A DNA stretch of 63,117 nt, counting the filler, from Asterionella formosa (lineage: Eukaryota), in NCBI GenBank assembly GCA_002256025.1. It is 9 parts of 9 records of this genome, joined end to end, with 100 filler letters (N's around TTAATTAATTAA, not from the genome) between each part and the next. Parts side by side here need not be neighbours in the genome. Positions count along the whole stretch, not along the records: positions 1 to 25,674 come from NKIB01001893.1; 8 more parts are not named here. One strand, written 5' to 3'. Each line of letters opens with the position of its first letter. The stretch's first letter is position 1. Below are positions 1 through 10,025 of this stretch, piece by piece. The notes beneath the pieces are model-generated. The model was not told where the DNA came from and searched no databases. It saw only the letters and a program-made list of their open reading frames with translations. Made by a program: the position numbers and the translations under genes.

Positions 1-1111
1 TGAATGCTGCAACTCGATCGAAAATGGAAGTTCGTTCAAAAGCTACTTGGTCACTGCATTTTCCCGGTGCAATTACACCAAAATAAATAAATCTTGAGTC
101 AGCATCACAAACAGCCTGGACATTGATTCCATAAGTCATGTAGTGACCGGAAAAAAATGAACCAGGGTTGTTGCCACTTTCAACTATAGTCGGGCGGTTG
201 ATGGTGGCTAGGAAGCCGTCAATAGCACCAACACATCCTCTCATCATGCCCTCTGAGCTTTTGCATTCAAAGCTGGAAGCCAATTTGATAAATTCTTCTT
301 TTTCTTTTGGAAAAACAATTTCGAGTTCTCCACAGTTTAGTACAGCATCAATGAACAAATCACGACATCGATAAAGTGAAGCAATGCTACAACCGTAGGC
401 ATGACGAATGTCGATGTAACTGCCACCAGCCAGCCATCGCAAACCAATGGCTACCACAATTTCGGGAATTATGGGCTCAGAAGTGCCACATTTGGAATAA
501 TTCCCTGCAATCTGAATTTCCAGCATGGAGGTGAGTTTTTTGAATGCTCTGTGTGACATTCTGTATGTCTTCTCGAAAGCAATCTTGTGATTGTGTTTCT
601 CGACATGTGATTGCCAGGAGATTCTTTCGTGGTGCCACTTGTGCCTTCGTTGTCGTCGTCGTTCAGATGACTGAAGCTGCCGTTTACAGCGTCGCCTTTG
701 TCGTTTGGATGAGTGTTCTTTTTCCTCTGCTTCCTTAGCTAAATGACAGAGGAAGAAGAAATCAAGATCACTACTGTCATCGTCATTATCATCAAATAAA
801 TCAAATGGCGACAACATGATTCATGCAAATGTGTGTTTTTAATATTATATTTAGTTTCCCGGTAATTATATTTTGTTGTTGCTTGATATCAAGACCATCA
901 TTATATTCCGGAGGGATATACACATGATCTTCGCCAGCCAGTTGCCGTTGAAGATTCATGTTACTCCATGATACAATGTGATCACAAATTAGTGATACAG
1001 TGACACCTTTGGAATGAATGAAATTCAGTTCAAATCGAGTTACCGTTGCTGATACATTTTCAAAAAAATTCAAATTCCGTGATACACGAAAAAAAATGAT
1101 AAGAACGGCCC
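1..1111 (-). mobile_element. PIF/Harbinger element, 5' end
   Basis: On the minus strand, TAA (1114-1112) is followed by GGGCCGTTC about 300 bp upstream of the transposase ATG. This matches the TAA/TTA target and GGGC-type TIR start of PIF/Harbinger elements. The other end lies outside the contig. Confidence 0.6.
2..817 (-). CDS. PIF/Harbinger-type DDE transposase (DDE_Tnp_4), 3'-truncated by the contig start
   Basis: Not in the ORF track; translated by hand from ATG at 817: MLSPFDLFDDNDDD...FEKTYRMSHRAFKKL...VAIGLRWLAGGSYIDIRHAYG...RGCVGAIDG...FFSGHYMTYGINVQAVCDADSRFIYFGVIAPGKCSDQVAF. The frame stays open to the window edge and the motifs are typical of Harbinger transposases. Confidence 0.9.
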   Translation of the reverse strand, partial: MLSPFDLFDDNDDDSSDLDFFFLCHLAKEAEEKEHSSKRQRRRCKRQLQSSERRRQRRHKWHHERISWQSHVEKHNHKIAFEKTYRMSHRAFKKLTSMLEIQIAGNYSKCGTSEPIIPEIVVAIGLRWLAGGSYIDIRHAYGCSIASLYRCRDLFIDAVLNCGELEIVFPKEKEEFIKLASSFECKSSEGMMRGCVGAIDGFLATINRPTIVESGNNPGSFFSGHYMTYGINVQAVCDADSRFIYFGVIAPGKCSDQVAFERTSIFDRVAAF

Positions 1112-1455
1112 TTAGTTCAGCAAAATTACCGCAACTTGCTGATATATATGATGTAACACTAACCCTATATACATCTGTATTGATGTGCAAGATCGCTCAC
1201 TTAGTGGTACCAGGTACCAGGTACCGGTATACCTACTCGTCCTTATTGCTCATCGTCATCCCTGAAGGGCGGAGCAACAAGCAAAAAGCTCATATCAGTG
1301 TAACCATCATAAGCAAACTGTAATAGAATTCGATATAGTAAGGAGGTCCAAAGAAAGGAGCCGTTGCATAATTCCGATAGGACTGTAGACTACCCAAAGA
1401 AGAGAGATACAACGCCGCTATTTGAATATTATAGAATCGCTGAAAAATTATTTGA

Positions 1456-2082
1456 ATGAGTACGAGGTTGACAACCACGCTGTCCTCGAGGCGAGCCAAA
1501 ACAGAGGTGGTTCGACTTTTGTTTGGATCCAACACTGGGAGTGCTGCTCCTGGAATTCCCCGAATGCTGGATCCAACTATCTATTCCTATGATCAACTCA
1601 AAAAATATTATTTGGAGAGATTACAAACAATTCATCCCGACAAACTAAAGCATGTAGATAGTACGGATTCTCTTAATATGAAAAATCGTTTCGTTGAACT
1701 TCAGGAAGCGTGGTCAAAGTATGAAACAGTCACCCGCTTGACGAGGAAAGTGGGGCAAAAAGGAGAGGCAGCCGCATTTACTAGGTTTGGGGTGGGTTGC
1801 TCGTTCAGCGATACCCCAGAGGAACGTGCTCAGCGAGAAGAAATTATGGACCAAGCTGGTAGGGGGTGGTTCTCGTCAGGCGCCATTTCAAGTACCAGCG
1901 AAATGAATACAGCCTATGTTCCTCAAAAGAATTCCTTGATGGACAAGGACTGGTTCGTAGATATTAACAGCGGGCCTTCCACCGTAGGGCAACGAAACGA
2001 GACGATGAATGGAACCCAGTCCATCAATGTTAGGACGACGACCACTCTGATTCCTGGCTTTCGACCGAAAACGAAACGCTGA
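1456..2082 (+). CDS. J-domain (DnaJ-like) protein
   Basis: 208-aa ORF with LKKYYLERLQTIHPDKL...RFVELQEAWSKY (HPD motif and helix III/IV pattern). The Arg/Ser/Thr-rich N-terminus could be an organellar presequence. Confidence 0.7.
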   Translation: MSTRLTTTLSSRRAKTEVVRLLFGSNTGSAAPGIPRMLDPTIYSYDQLKKYYLERLQTIHPDKLKHVDSTDSLNMKNRFVELQEAWSKYETVTRLTRKVGQKGEAAAFTRFGVGCSFSDTPEERAQREEIMDQAGRGWFSSGAISSTSEMNTAYVPQKNSLMDKDWFVDINSGPSTVGQRNETMNGTQSINVRTTTTLIPGFRPKTKR

Positions 2083-2309
2083 GGAACACGGTGAATCTGC
2101 AACTCGAACCATTTTTTCAACATCGTAAAGGTTATCTACCAGCTGGGTTGGGTTGGGTTGGGTTTGGTTCTACTCCCTTGTAAATATCTCGATGTAGGGC
2201 AAAGCTGGTGACGACAAAGGGAAGCATTCCCAGCTTCTATTTTTCTTCTTCTCACAATTATTGATGGACATAATCTCTGTATGGCTGTGTTATGTTATTA
2301 GATGCTATC

Positions 2310-3230
2310 CTATGTCGAATCTCGAAGTAGAACTCGTTCTTCCATGACCTTGCTGATTCTGCACGCAACTTCCTCTGGTCTTCCCGACCCTTCTATTTCT
2401 ACAACCACGTCTTCGTAATGCTACCGAACCGATGCAACATTGGCATGGAATTGACGTAGACGTTTCCTCATAGTATCTACAGTATCATCTGAACGTTCAA
2501 TCAGCCGCCCCGCGATGTCGGGAGGAGGCGGGAAAAATGTCGCGTGATAAATCGTGCCCGTAATGGGGTCTGTTCGTCGCCCTGTGACTCGAATCATGAG
2601 CTCTTTGTCGGGAACATTCAAGAAGAGGAAAAGGTCTGCGTGAATGTCACTCTTGGCTAGGGCTTTGGCCTGAGCCTGAGTTCTGGGGAACCCGTCCAGG
2701 AGCCAACCTTGCTGCACACAGTCCAGTTGCGAGATCCGATTAAATACCATTTGAATGATGATTTCGTCGGGGAAAAATTGACCAGCATCCATGAACTTTT
2801 GTGCCATGATCCCGATATAGTTTCCTCTTTGAATGGAATCACGAAGTATATCGCCAGTAGAGAGGTGGACAAGGCCGTATGTAGCGACAAGGTGTGTGCA
2901 CTGACTTCCTTTTCCACTTGCTCGTCCCCCCATTATAATGATCTTTGGAGGTTGCCTCTTGCTTAGTCGGATATCTGTTGGGATATTTTGAATCAGATCT
3001 CCGACTTCGGTGATCTTCGCATGAACTTGAGATTTAACGATTGTTTCCGTGTAGTGATTTTCGTGGCTCTTGCGGTCCTCGTACACCTCCGTGCTTAATA
3101 CAGTGTCAGCAGAAAGAACTCCCCATGGCCTAGAACGAGTTGGCGAGGTTTGATAAATGGCAGGTTTTGCAAGCGAGAACTGAAGGCGGCATGAAAATAG
3201 AATTATAAAAGTCGTAACTTTCAATGCCAT
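2310..3230 (-). pseudogene. adk: Adenylate kinase with signal-peptide-like leader; in-frame TAG at 2421-2423
   Basis: P-loop GGRASGKGSQC, HLSTGDILR, GWLLDGFPRT, GRRTDPITG and RSDDT are present. After the TAG the same frame continues HYEDVVVEIEGSGRPEEVACRISKVME to a stop at 2310-2312, which supplies the normal ADK C-terminal strand and helix. Probable start is MALKVTTFIILFSC at 3230. Confidence 0.8.
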
Positions 3231-3320
3231 ATTTGTCCTGGAATGCGATGGTAAGGTTGTTAGGGTGTTCTCGGAAAAGAGGGTTACAATACTTCTGGAG
3301 AAGATAATAGATCGCAAGTA

Positions 3321-3368
3321 CGGTGGCTCGGTGGCTCGGTGGCTCGGTGGCTCGGTGGCTCGGTGGCT
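3321..3368 (+). repeat. Perfect tandem repeat (CGGTGGCT)x6
   Basis: Read directly; about 90 bp upstream of the adenylate kinase start. Confidence 0.95.
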
Positions 3369-3751
3369 TTGCAGTTTGGTGGGTCGACCAGGAATTCTGT
3401 GACATGCAGTTAAATTAATATTCGTTCTATTCCTTCCGACTCTGCATCAACATCAAGAATTCGGACAGTGATTACAGAAAGTGACTGATGATTGTGCTCT
3501 TCACTATTCTAGCATACCACATAATACCTGGTACCGGTACCAGGGTAGCGAGCTTGGTGCTGTACCCTTTTCCGGTTTGTAGTAAGTATGAAGAGATCAA
3601 ATGTTCACCCCGCCATCAGGACCATAACCATCACTCCATACATGAAAAAAAATGATAAAAAGAATGATCATGAGTTTGACACAGAAAGCAAGATTCGACC
3701 GAGTGCGTCACAAACATCAAGAGGATGTGGACGAGCTCCTTACTTGTGGTA

Positions 3752-3920
3752 TGGTACCTGGTACCAGGTACCTGGCGGAGTTTGGTACCAGGGTACTCCC
3801 TCAGATTGTGGTACCAGGTACCTGGTACATGTTACAGTGCATAGTGGTGTATTCAACCAGAACCTGGTACTGGTACCACCATCAGGTGCTCCTTACTAAA
3901 GTACAGTACCTGGTACCAAA
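3752..3920. repeat. Cluster of GGTACC / CCTGGTACCAGG palindromic motifs
   Basis: ggtacctggtaccaggtacctgg, tggtaccagggtac, ggtaccaggtacctggtac, cctggtactggtacc and gtacctggtacc all fall within 170 bp. Similar clusters recur in many intergenic regions. Confidence 0.85.
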
Positions 3921-4196
3921 TACAGAACCTATCAAAATGTTCTTCGTACATACGGTACTCCTCCTGGCATGAAATGCTCAGAATGCTTCCACGCCTTATC
4001 TCTCCAGAGGTGCGTTTGGAATGATCGAATGAGAAATATTATAGGGAAGAATTCCAGGATACAAGGTAACATACGTGCATTTATTGATACACATCGCAGA
4101 TTCTGAAAACATCATGTTAAAATAAACATCTTCAGAATGTTTGGTAGTGTATATGATGCATAAAACCGCTGAAAATTATAACGGCGAGTAAAATCG

Positions 4197-4268
4197 TCTC
4201 TTGTAGTGAAGTGGTTATCACCCTTGACTTTGAATCAAGTATCCCCGGTTCGAATCCGGGCAAGAGAA
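4197..4268 (+). tRNA. trnQ-UUG: tRNA-Gln (anticodon TTG)
   Basis: Acceptor stem TCTCTTG/CAAGAGA; D arm with TAGTGAAGTGG A-box; anticodon arm CTTGA-CTTTGAA-TCAAG; T arm CCCGG-TTCGAAT-CCGGG; downstream T-run consistent with a Pol III terminator. Confidence 0.95.
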
Positions 4269-4409
4269 CTGGGTTTCTTTTTTGCATCGGAAGCAGCATC
4301 AAAAATATTCTTAACCGTCATCGTTTTTAAATCTAGTAGGTACCTACCGGTGAAAGGTACAGTACTGCACATCCCTGCTGCTTTCGTCTAGGTACCGGGT
4401 ACCTAGGTG

Positions 4410-5214
4410 CCCCCTCTGACTACTTACAGTTGCATCGATAATTCAAATTTATCCGGGGCCATTTTGACTCTTACGATTTTCTCCGGCTCAATTGCCCTAT
4501 TGTGCGGCTTGCTCTAATATACAGAATCATGCATATATTATACATAGAAAGATTAAAATTGGCAACTACGTTTCAAAAAAACGTTTTTCGGCTTTTTCGA
4601 CTTCCACTTTTGCTCATCTCGAGCAAAATGCAGATGCATGAGGACCCATTTTTCTTCGAACCATCTATTCTCAACATACATACAAAGTACGATATAACAG
4701 TAGAACAACGGCAATTTGCGTTGAATTATGGAATGTGCAACCCCAAAAGTGGTGATGATAGGAAGTAAGAAAACAACGGTATGCTCGTTTTGAGGATTGT
4801 AACCCTTAAACATCCGGTGGCATGGTCCACGTAGGTGCAACAATTGTAGAAAGTATACCAAACAATATTTTATTCTATTCGTGTTATAATTATGAGAGTG
4901 GCTTGTTGTATTTGGTTTCCCGCAAATATTTGACTGGCCGGCCGATGTGAAACAGCATTTGGCGATATGTACATGCATGCAATGAATATGCATGTGCAAA
5001 ATTGGTTTCGATTAATTTATTTAAATGCTATTAATTTAATTATAGAAACCGACTATATGATCACGTCTATATAACTCATAAAAAACGCATTTTTTCGAGT
5101 AAGCCGACCCTCACGTAGAAATTTGGTATGTTGGCTACATTATCCTTCATATGCAAACAGTAAAGACACTGGTGGTGCCGGCGAATCGATGCAACTGTTA
5201 CTAGACAGAGGGAG
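4410..5214. mobile_element. Non-autonomous Tc1/mariner (Stowaway-like) element, about 805 bp
   Basis: About 30-bp imperfect TIRs: left CCCCCTCTGACTACTTACAGTTGCATCGAT, right (reverse complement) CTCCCTCTGTCTAGTAACAGTTGCATCGAT. TA follows the right end (5215-5216) and TG precedes the left end. No intact transposase. Confidence 0.8.
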
Positions 5215-5398
5215 TACCTTGTACCACCACCTACAAACAGAGAGACAATGTTGAATCGAGTAAATTCACGTTTTGGAGTAAAAATGCTACCGGTAGATAC
5301 CTATTTTAACATAATTATTCAAGTAATGTTGTAGCGATTTATGTACTAACCAATAATGATCATGCTTTGAACTCATCAATTAGCTAGCATAACTTCCA

Positions 5399-5639
5399 AA
5401 TGTCAATGAAATTTTATTTTACATTAAAGCTATCCAATAATTGCACTCGGGCCCAGCCACCAAATAGATGGACACAATTAGTACTGGTTTTATTCGTCCT
5501 TACGGTACAACGGGACCTGTCTTTTCGTCAGCCGCAACCCCCCCCCGGAACCCTAGGGACTACATGAAAAAGACAGGTGGAGAATGCAGGAATCGAACCT
5601 GCCACCACGGTGGGTGTGCTAACCACTAAGCCCTTTCCC
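5399..5639 (-). mobile_element. tRNA-derived SINE, copy 1
   Basis: Minus-strand head with A-box GGCTTAGTGG and B-box GGTTCGATTCC. The body is homologous to 22357-22601. Flanked by an 18-bp direct repeat with one mismatch, TAGCTAGCAT(A/T)ACTTCCA (5381-5398 and 5640-5657). Confidence 0.8.
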
Positions 5640-6036
5640 TAGCTAGCATTACTTCCATAATTAGTCCCAAAGGTTGCTGTCAACAAGAAATGGAACGAAA
5701 AAGCTAAATTAAATTTTACTTCATTCAGCTGGCATCACTTTTTTCATGCAAATACAGGTGTTGTTATATGTTTCCACTAGAAAATTAATTCAGTGTCTGA
5801 ATAGAATGCTTCGTAAGTGCAAGGGAATGGTTTAGGTGTTATGCACATTGCGTTTGATCTGAGGTTGTGAGGTTCGATTCACGCAATTTCTTTGAGAAGC
5901 AAATGTTGGGTTCGACTCCCACACTCCTTACCATCCTGCATGGTCTGGCCTATTGCGCAAGAAAAAGTGGGTTGAATTAGGAAGCCAATCAGCAAGGCAG
6001 CCAACAAGCAGCCATCATTCCTGCTTGTTGCGCCTT

Positions 6037-6144
6037 CCCCTGTCCATCTTCCTGTCCATCTTCCTGTCCATCTCCCTGTCCATCTCCCTGTCCCTCTCCC
6101 TGTCCCTGTCCCTGTCACTACTGCTGCTGCTGCTGCTGCTGCTG
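6037..6144 (+). repeat. Low-complexity tandem repeats: (CCTGTCCATCTY)n, (CCTGTC)n, then (CTG)8
   Basis: Read directly from the sequence. Confidence 0.85.
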
Positions 6145-6208
6145 CGGCCCTCGCTATTCCACAACCACCACTGTTTGCTTAGCGTACGATACCCTTGATC
6201 CTATATGC

Positions 6209-6830
6209 TTGATACTTTTTTTGGCAGACGAAATCAATGGTGGAATTTTTGGGGAGGCCCGGATGATCGAATTAATTCGCCAAGGCACACTTGAACTCAA
6301 ATCTGCAGTCAATGAAGTTGGGGCTTATTCAAGGCGTGCTGCAGAAGAACTTGGTGGAGTGTGCAATACTCATGAGCCCAATCATCTTCCTGGAGTTGCT
6401 ATAATGACTCAACAACGATATGTACTTCATATGTATGATTGGAAGTTTCATGTTTTACCCAAAACATGGAGGTTCCCATGTCTTGGGCCTTTTGATATGT
6501 GGTTGCAAGGGTGGTTGGGTGATGGGCAACTTAATATACCTCTTCTCAAGATCTTGCAAGGAAAGGACGTTGTACATCTTGACTGCAGAGTAGGTCATGA
6601 CAGCATCAAGCAGCTGCAGAAGGCACGCAAAACTTTGGCAGACCTCAAATTCTTGATGACGTACTTGGAGACCAATGTTAAAGAGAAAAGTCATTGGGTG
6701 GAACATCATGCAGTTGCTACGGTTGTTGCAATGTACCACACTGTGGCCCATCTTCTTGTTGTTTGTGATGATTTCACTCATCACCATCATTGACAAGATG
6801 TTCACTTAAAATGGCAGACACTTGTATCCT
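6209..6830 (+). pseudogene. Degenerate TE-associated ORF, resembling the C-terminal domain of stramenopile NDC10-II/Crypton-like proteins
   Basis: FHVLPKTWRFP...DMWLQGWLGD...IPLLKIL...RKTLADLKFLM recalls that repeat family from memory. No ATG start, and stops lie on both sides. The family assignment is tentative. Confidence 0.35.
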
Positions 6831-8448
6831 TGATTCGCTAAAGTTTAGCTACTTCAGCTATTGGTATGGAAGTGTAGTAGGAAGAGCAATGAATAGTATA
6901 TATATGAATACATGTATTTAAATATTTTTTATTCTTTGAACAAGTCTATTTGTGGTAGTAGTACCATCTTATACTGGTAGTCCAGTTCCAGTAGACTAGG
7001 TAAGAAGCCAGTATAGTAGGAAGGTACTGTATAGCTTAGCTATGTACCGGTACAAGATACCTAGCAGCACTACCGGTGCTACAACTTGGAGCTCCTATAT
7101 ATGTACTACTTGATGTTCTACCCGGTATATCAGCGTGTGGAGGCAGAAAGACCTGGTACCTGGTACAAGGTACCTCCTGATAGTTGGTAGATGCTACGTA
7201 TCTGTAGCTCTTATGCAGTAAAAGTTGATAGAAAAATGTTTCTACACAATTTGTTTGTTTTACTTTGTGTGCTAATAATTGTTTTTATAAAAGAGTGAGC
7301 TCAATGTAAATATAAATTTGAATGTATAATTTTGAAACTTCCAAGCTCATGCATGTTTCAAAATAGAGGTGATTTTCGGAGGCCAGGAGGTTCATTTGTG
7401 TTCCCAACTTGAACTGGTGAGAATGAACTACATCCTCTTCCTAAATACTCATTTGTCTTAATCTTGGCCTGTCTCAACTTAGGCCAGATGCTGTTTGATC
7501 GAAGACTGCTTCTTACAGAATGATCCTGTTAATCATAACTAGATCATATCTAGTTTGCTTCTTTAATGTTCCTTGATTTTGCGGACATATCTGTAATTGT
7601 CTAGTCAATCATTCATTGATTTGGCCTCTAGGTCTTCTCGTCTTCTAGAGTCCAATTAATAGGTTAGAGAGAACTTCTCCTGAAAGTTCCTCTCTCAACT
7701 GTGGCATTTTACATGCGATATTAAACCATGTGTCCTTGACTCAATCATCTAGTGGATTGTGGTACATGTTCCTAATCAGGTCACTAGGGACGAAAATATA
7801 TTGCCACTCTCATAACCTGATCTGGAATCAGGAATCTCTATATGTTTCAACTTTGATGAAGTATTTGCACAGGCATTTGTCGTAGTCACGTGATCATTTT
7901 CGTAATCTATCTCCTAGCACTTCGTGGTGAGTTGCTCCTGGTATACCTACACGTGGTACCTGGTACAGGTCCCCTGGTACTTTAATGTACCAGTTACAGA
8001 TAAACTACCACATCATCATGCTCATTGAACATAATATATACACAGGGTCTATATAAAATAGAAATAATAAATATTATTTATCACGCCGTTCAGCCGATTT
8101 CGACATCAAGGATGGCATACGAATGGATTCTGGATTCCGTCTTGTGGTACACTCGTGTGTAGAATTTATCGTATGTAGCCTATTCATATCTGACCTACAT
8201 AAATGTCGAAGTGTCCGGTAAAACTGAAATTCAACTCATCACATTCGCAGGAATAGAAATGTTTTACCTGTCAACCAGATTCACGTAAGGCACCGGTAGT
8301 CTATTCAAAATTCTGTCAACCTCACCAATTCACTACATTTATTTTCAAAAGGCAAAGCCGAATGAACCTTGCTGTCAAGAAAACATTATCCGAGAGTTGT
8401 AGTCTATCATCTCTGCATATTTATTCGGTCATCATTTCAGTTCTTGCT

Positions 8449-9996
8449 ATGTTGAGACTGACATCATCGGCTAACTTCGCGAGAAGTCTTCACTTCAGAA
8501 ATGCTCTAAATCAAATAGGATGGACTTCTGCTTCACTGTTGGCAAACAACTTGACAAACAACTCCATCACCATGAGCGGCGTCAGCACAAGAAACGAGTC
8601 GTCCGCCAAAGTACACTATCACCGTGTCTATGTAGCAGTGGGATCGAATCTTGGCAATCGATTTGAAAGCATATCATCTTCTGTTGCGCAGCTCTGTTCT
8701 GACGAAAGAGTCAGACTTGTACGAACATCATTCTTGCATGAGACTGCCCCGATGTATTGGAAACACCAACCGGCCTTTTTGAACGGAGTGCTCGAAGTCG
8801 AAACGTGCTTGGATCCAATTGATCTTTTGAAGCGACTGAAAGAAGTGGAGGAGAATATGGGACGAGATTTAACGGGGATGAGAAATGGCCCAAGGCCTGT
8901 AGATCTGGACATCATCTTTTATGGCGTCGCGGATGACAAACAATCACTGCTTCTAGAATCGGATGTGCTGACTGTTCCGCACCCTCGAATAGGAGAACGA
9001 GAATTTGTCCTCGTTCCTTTAACTGATTTGAAAGCCGACAATGTTCATCACCCTTCCCTCAATTTGACTGTGGGTGAACTATACAGCCGATTAAAAAATA
9101 ATTCGGGCTTTAAGCCAGAAGCAGTTCGAATACTCCCATTACCTCGAGACCGAATGCTTTTCTTCAACGAAACGATTATTATGGGTATTCTCAATGTCAC
9201 TCCAGACAGTTTCAGTGACGGAGGAAAATACAATAGGTCGGTTCAGGTAGCCACAGAAAAGGCACTACAAATGGAAAGGGACGGTGCCGGCATTATTGAT
9301 ATCGGTGGCGAATCGACAAGACCAGGAGCACTAGAATTAAAAATAGAGGAGGAACTGAAACGCACCATACCTGTTGTTGTGGGAATAAGAGCACGCTCCG
9401 ATGTTCCTATTTCAATTGATACTCGTCATTCTGCAGTGGCCCGAGCCGCTATAGAGGCTGGAGCTGACATCATTAACGACGTTTCAGGAGGCACCTTCGA
9501 TGACGCCATGTTCGCTACAGCAGCAGATTTAGGCGTTCCTATCATTCTCATGCATATGAGGGGAACACCTGAAACGATGCAATCAATGACGGAATACCGT
9601 GACGTCGTCGTCGATGTGGTCGCCTCACTTATGGATCGTTCGAAGGCTGCGGAAGTAGCTGGTATACCAAGATGGATGCAAGTACTTGACCCGGGAATCG
9701 GTTTTGCGAAAGATTTAAGCGGGAATCTCATGCTTTTGAAGAAACTGAACACACTTCGGTCCAGTATAGACAACATGCCAATCTTGCTCGGAACAAGCCG
9801 GAAAGGTTTCATTGGGGAAATCACTGGAGAAGCTGAAGCAGCAGAACGAGATTTTGGCTCGGTTGCATCATCAGTAGCTGCGCTTTGCCTGGGCAACAAC
9901 GATTCCATTGGAAGCAACATCCTACGAGTACACAATGTGAAGGGAGCCAAGCAAGCTGCCATGATCATGGATGCAATAACTAATGTAGAGCGCTGA
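8449..9996 (+). CDS. folKP: Bifunctional HPPK-dihydropteroate synthase (folate synthesis), probably mitochondrial
   Basis: HPPK motifs VAVGSNLG, FLNGV, RNGPRPVDLDI and VPHPRI are followed by DHPS motifs MGILNVTPDSFSDGG, DIGGESTRPG, SIDT, NDVSGG, MHMRG, DPGIGF, GTSRKGF and RVHNV. Likely start is MLRLTSSANFARS (8449); the ORF is open from 8362. Confidence 0.95.
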   Translation: MLRLTSSANFARSLHFRNALNQIGWTSASLLANNLTNNSITMSGVSTRNESSAKVHYHRVYVAVGSNLGNRFESISSSVAQLCSDERVRLVRTSFLHETAPMYWKHQPAFLNGVLEVETCLDPIDLLKRLKEVEENMGRDLTGMRNGPRPVDLDIIFYGVADDKQSLLLESDVLTVPHPRIGEREFVLVPLTDLKADNVHHPSLNLTVGELYSRLKNNSGFKPEAVRILPLPRDRMLFFNETIIMGILNVTPDSFSDGGKYNRSVQVATEKALQMERDGAGIIDIGGESTRPGALELKIEEELKRTIPVVVGIRARSDVPISIDTRHSAVARAAIEAGADIINDVSGGTFDDAMFATAADLGVPIILMHMRGTPETMQSMTEYRDVVVDVVASLMDRSKAAEVAGIPRWMQVLDPGIGFAKDLSGNLMLLKKLNTLRSSIDNMPILLGTSRKGFIGEITGEAEAAERDFGSVASSVAALCLGNNDSIGSNILRVHNVKGAKQAAMIMDAITNVER

Positions 9997-10025
9997 ACGA
10001 TGTAGGATTAATGGATGTTCTGCAA

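Noticed and set aside
3752..3920. GGTACC repeats as a CRISPR array
   Set aside because: Units are 6-12 bp, irregularly spaced, with no constant repeat-spacer period and no cas genes; the context is eukaryotic.
5879..6198. ORFs with GRWT and LSL repeats
   Set aside because: These are translations of a microsatellite tract.
9426..9968. Long antisense and alternative-frame ORFs over real genes (also 36915-37418, 42361-43059, 47317-47898, 52366-52983, 61845-62435)
   Set aside because: Shadow ORFs of well-supported coding sequences with no motifs of their own.
8362..9996. HPPK-DHPS fusion as a novelty
   Set aside because: This bifunctional arrangement is well known in plants, apicomplexans and other eukaryotes.
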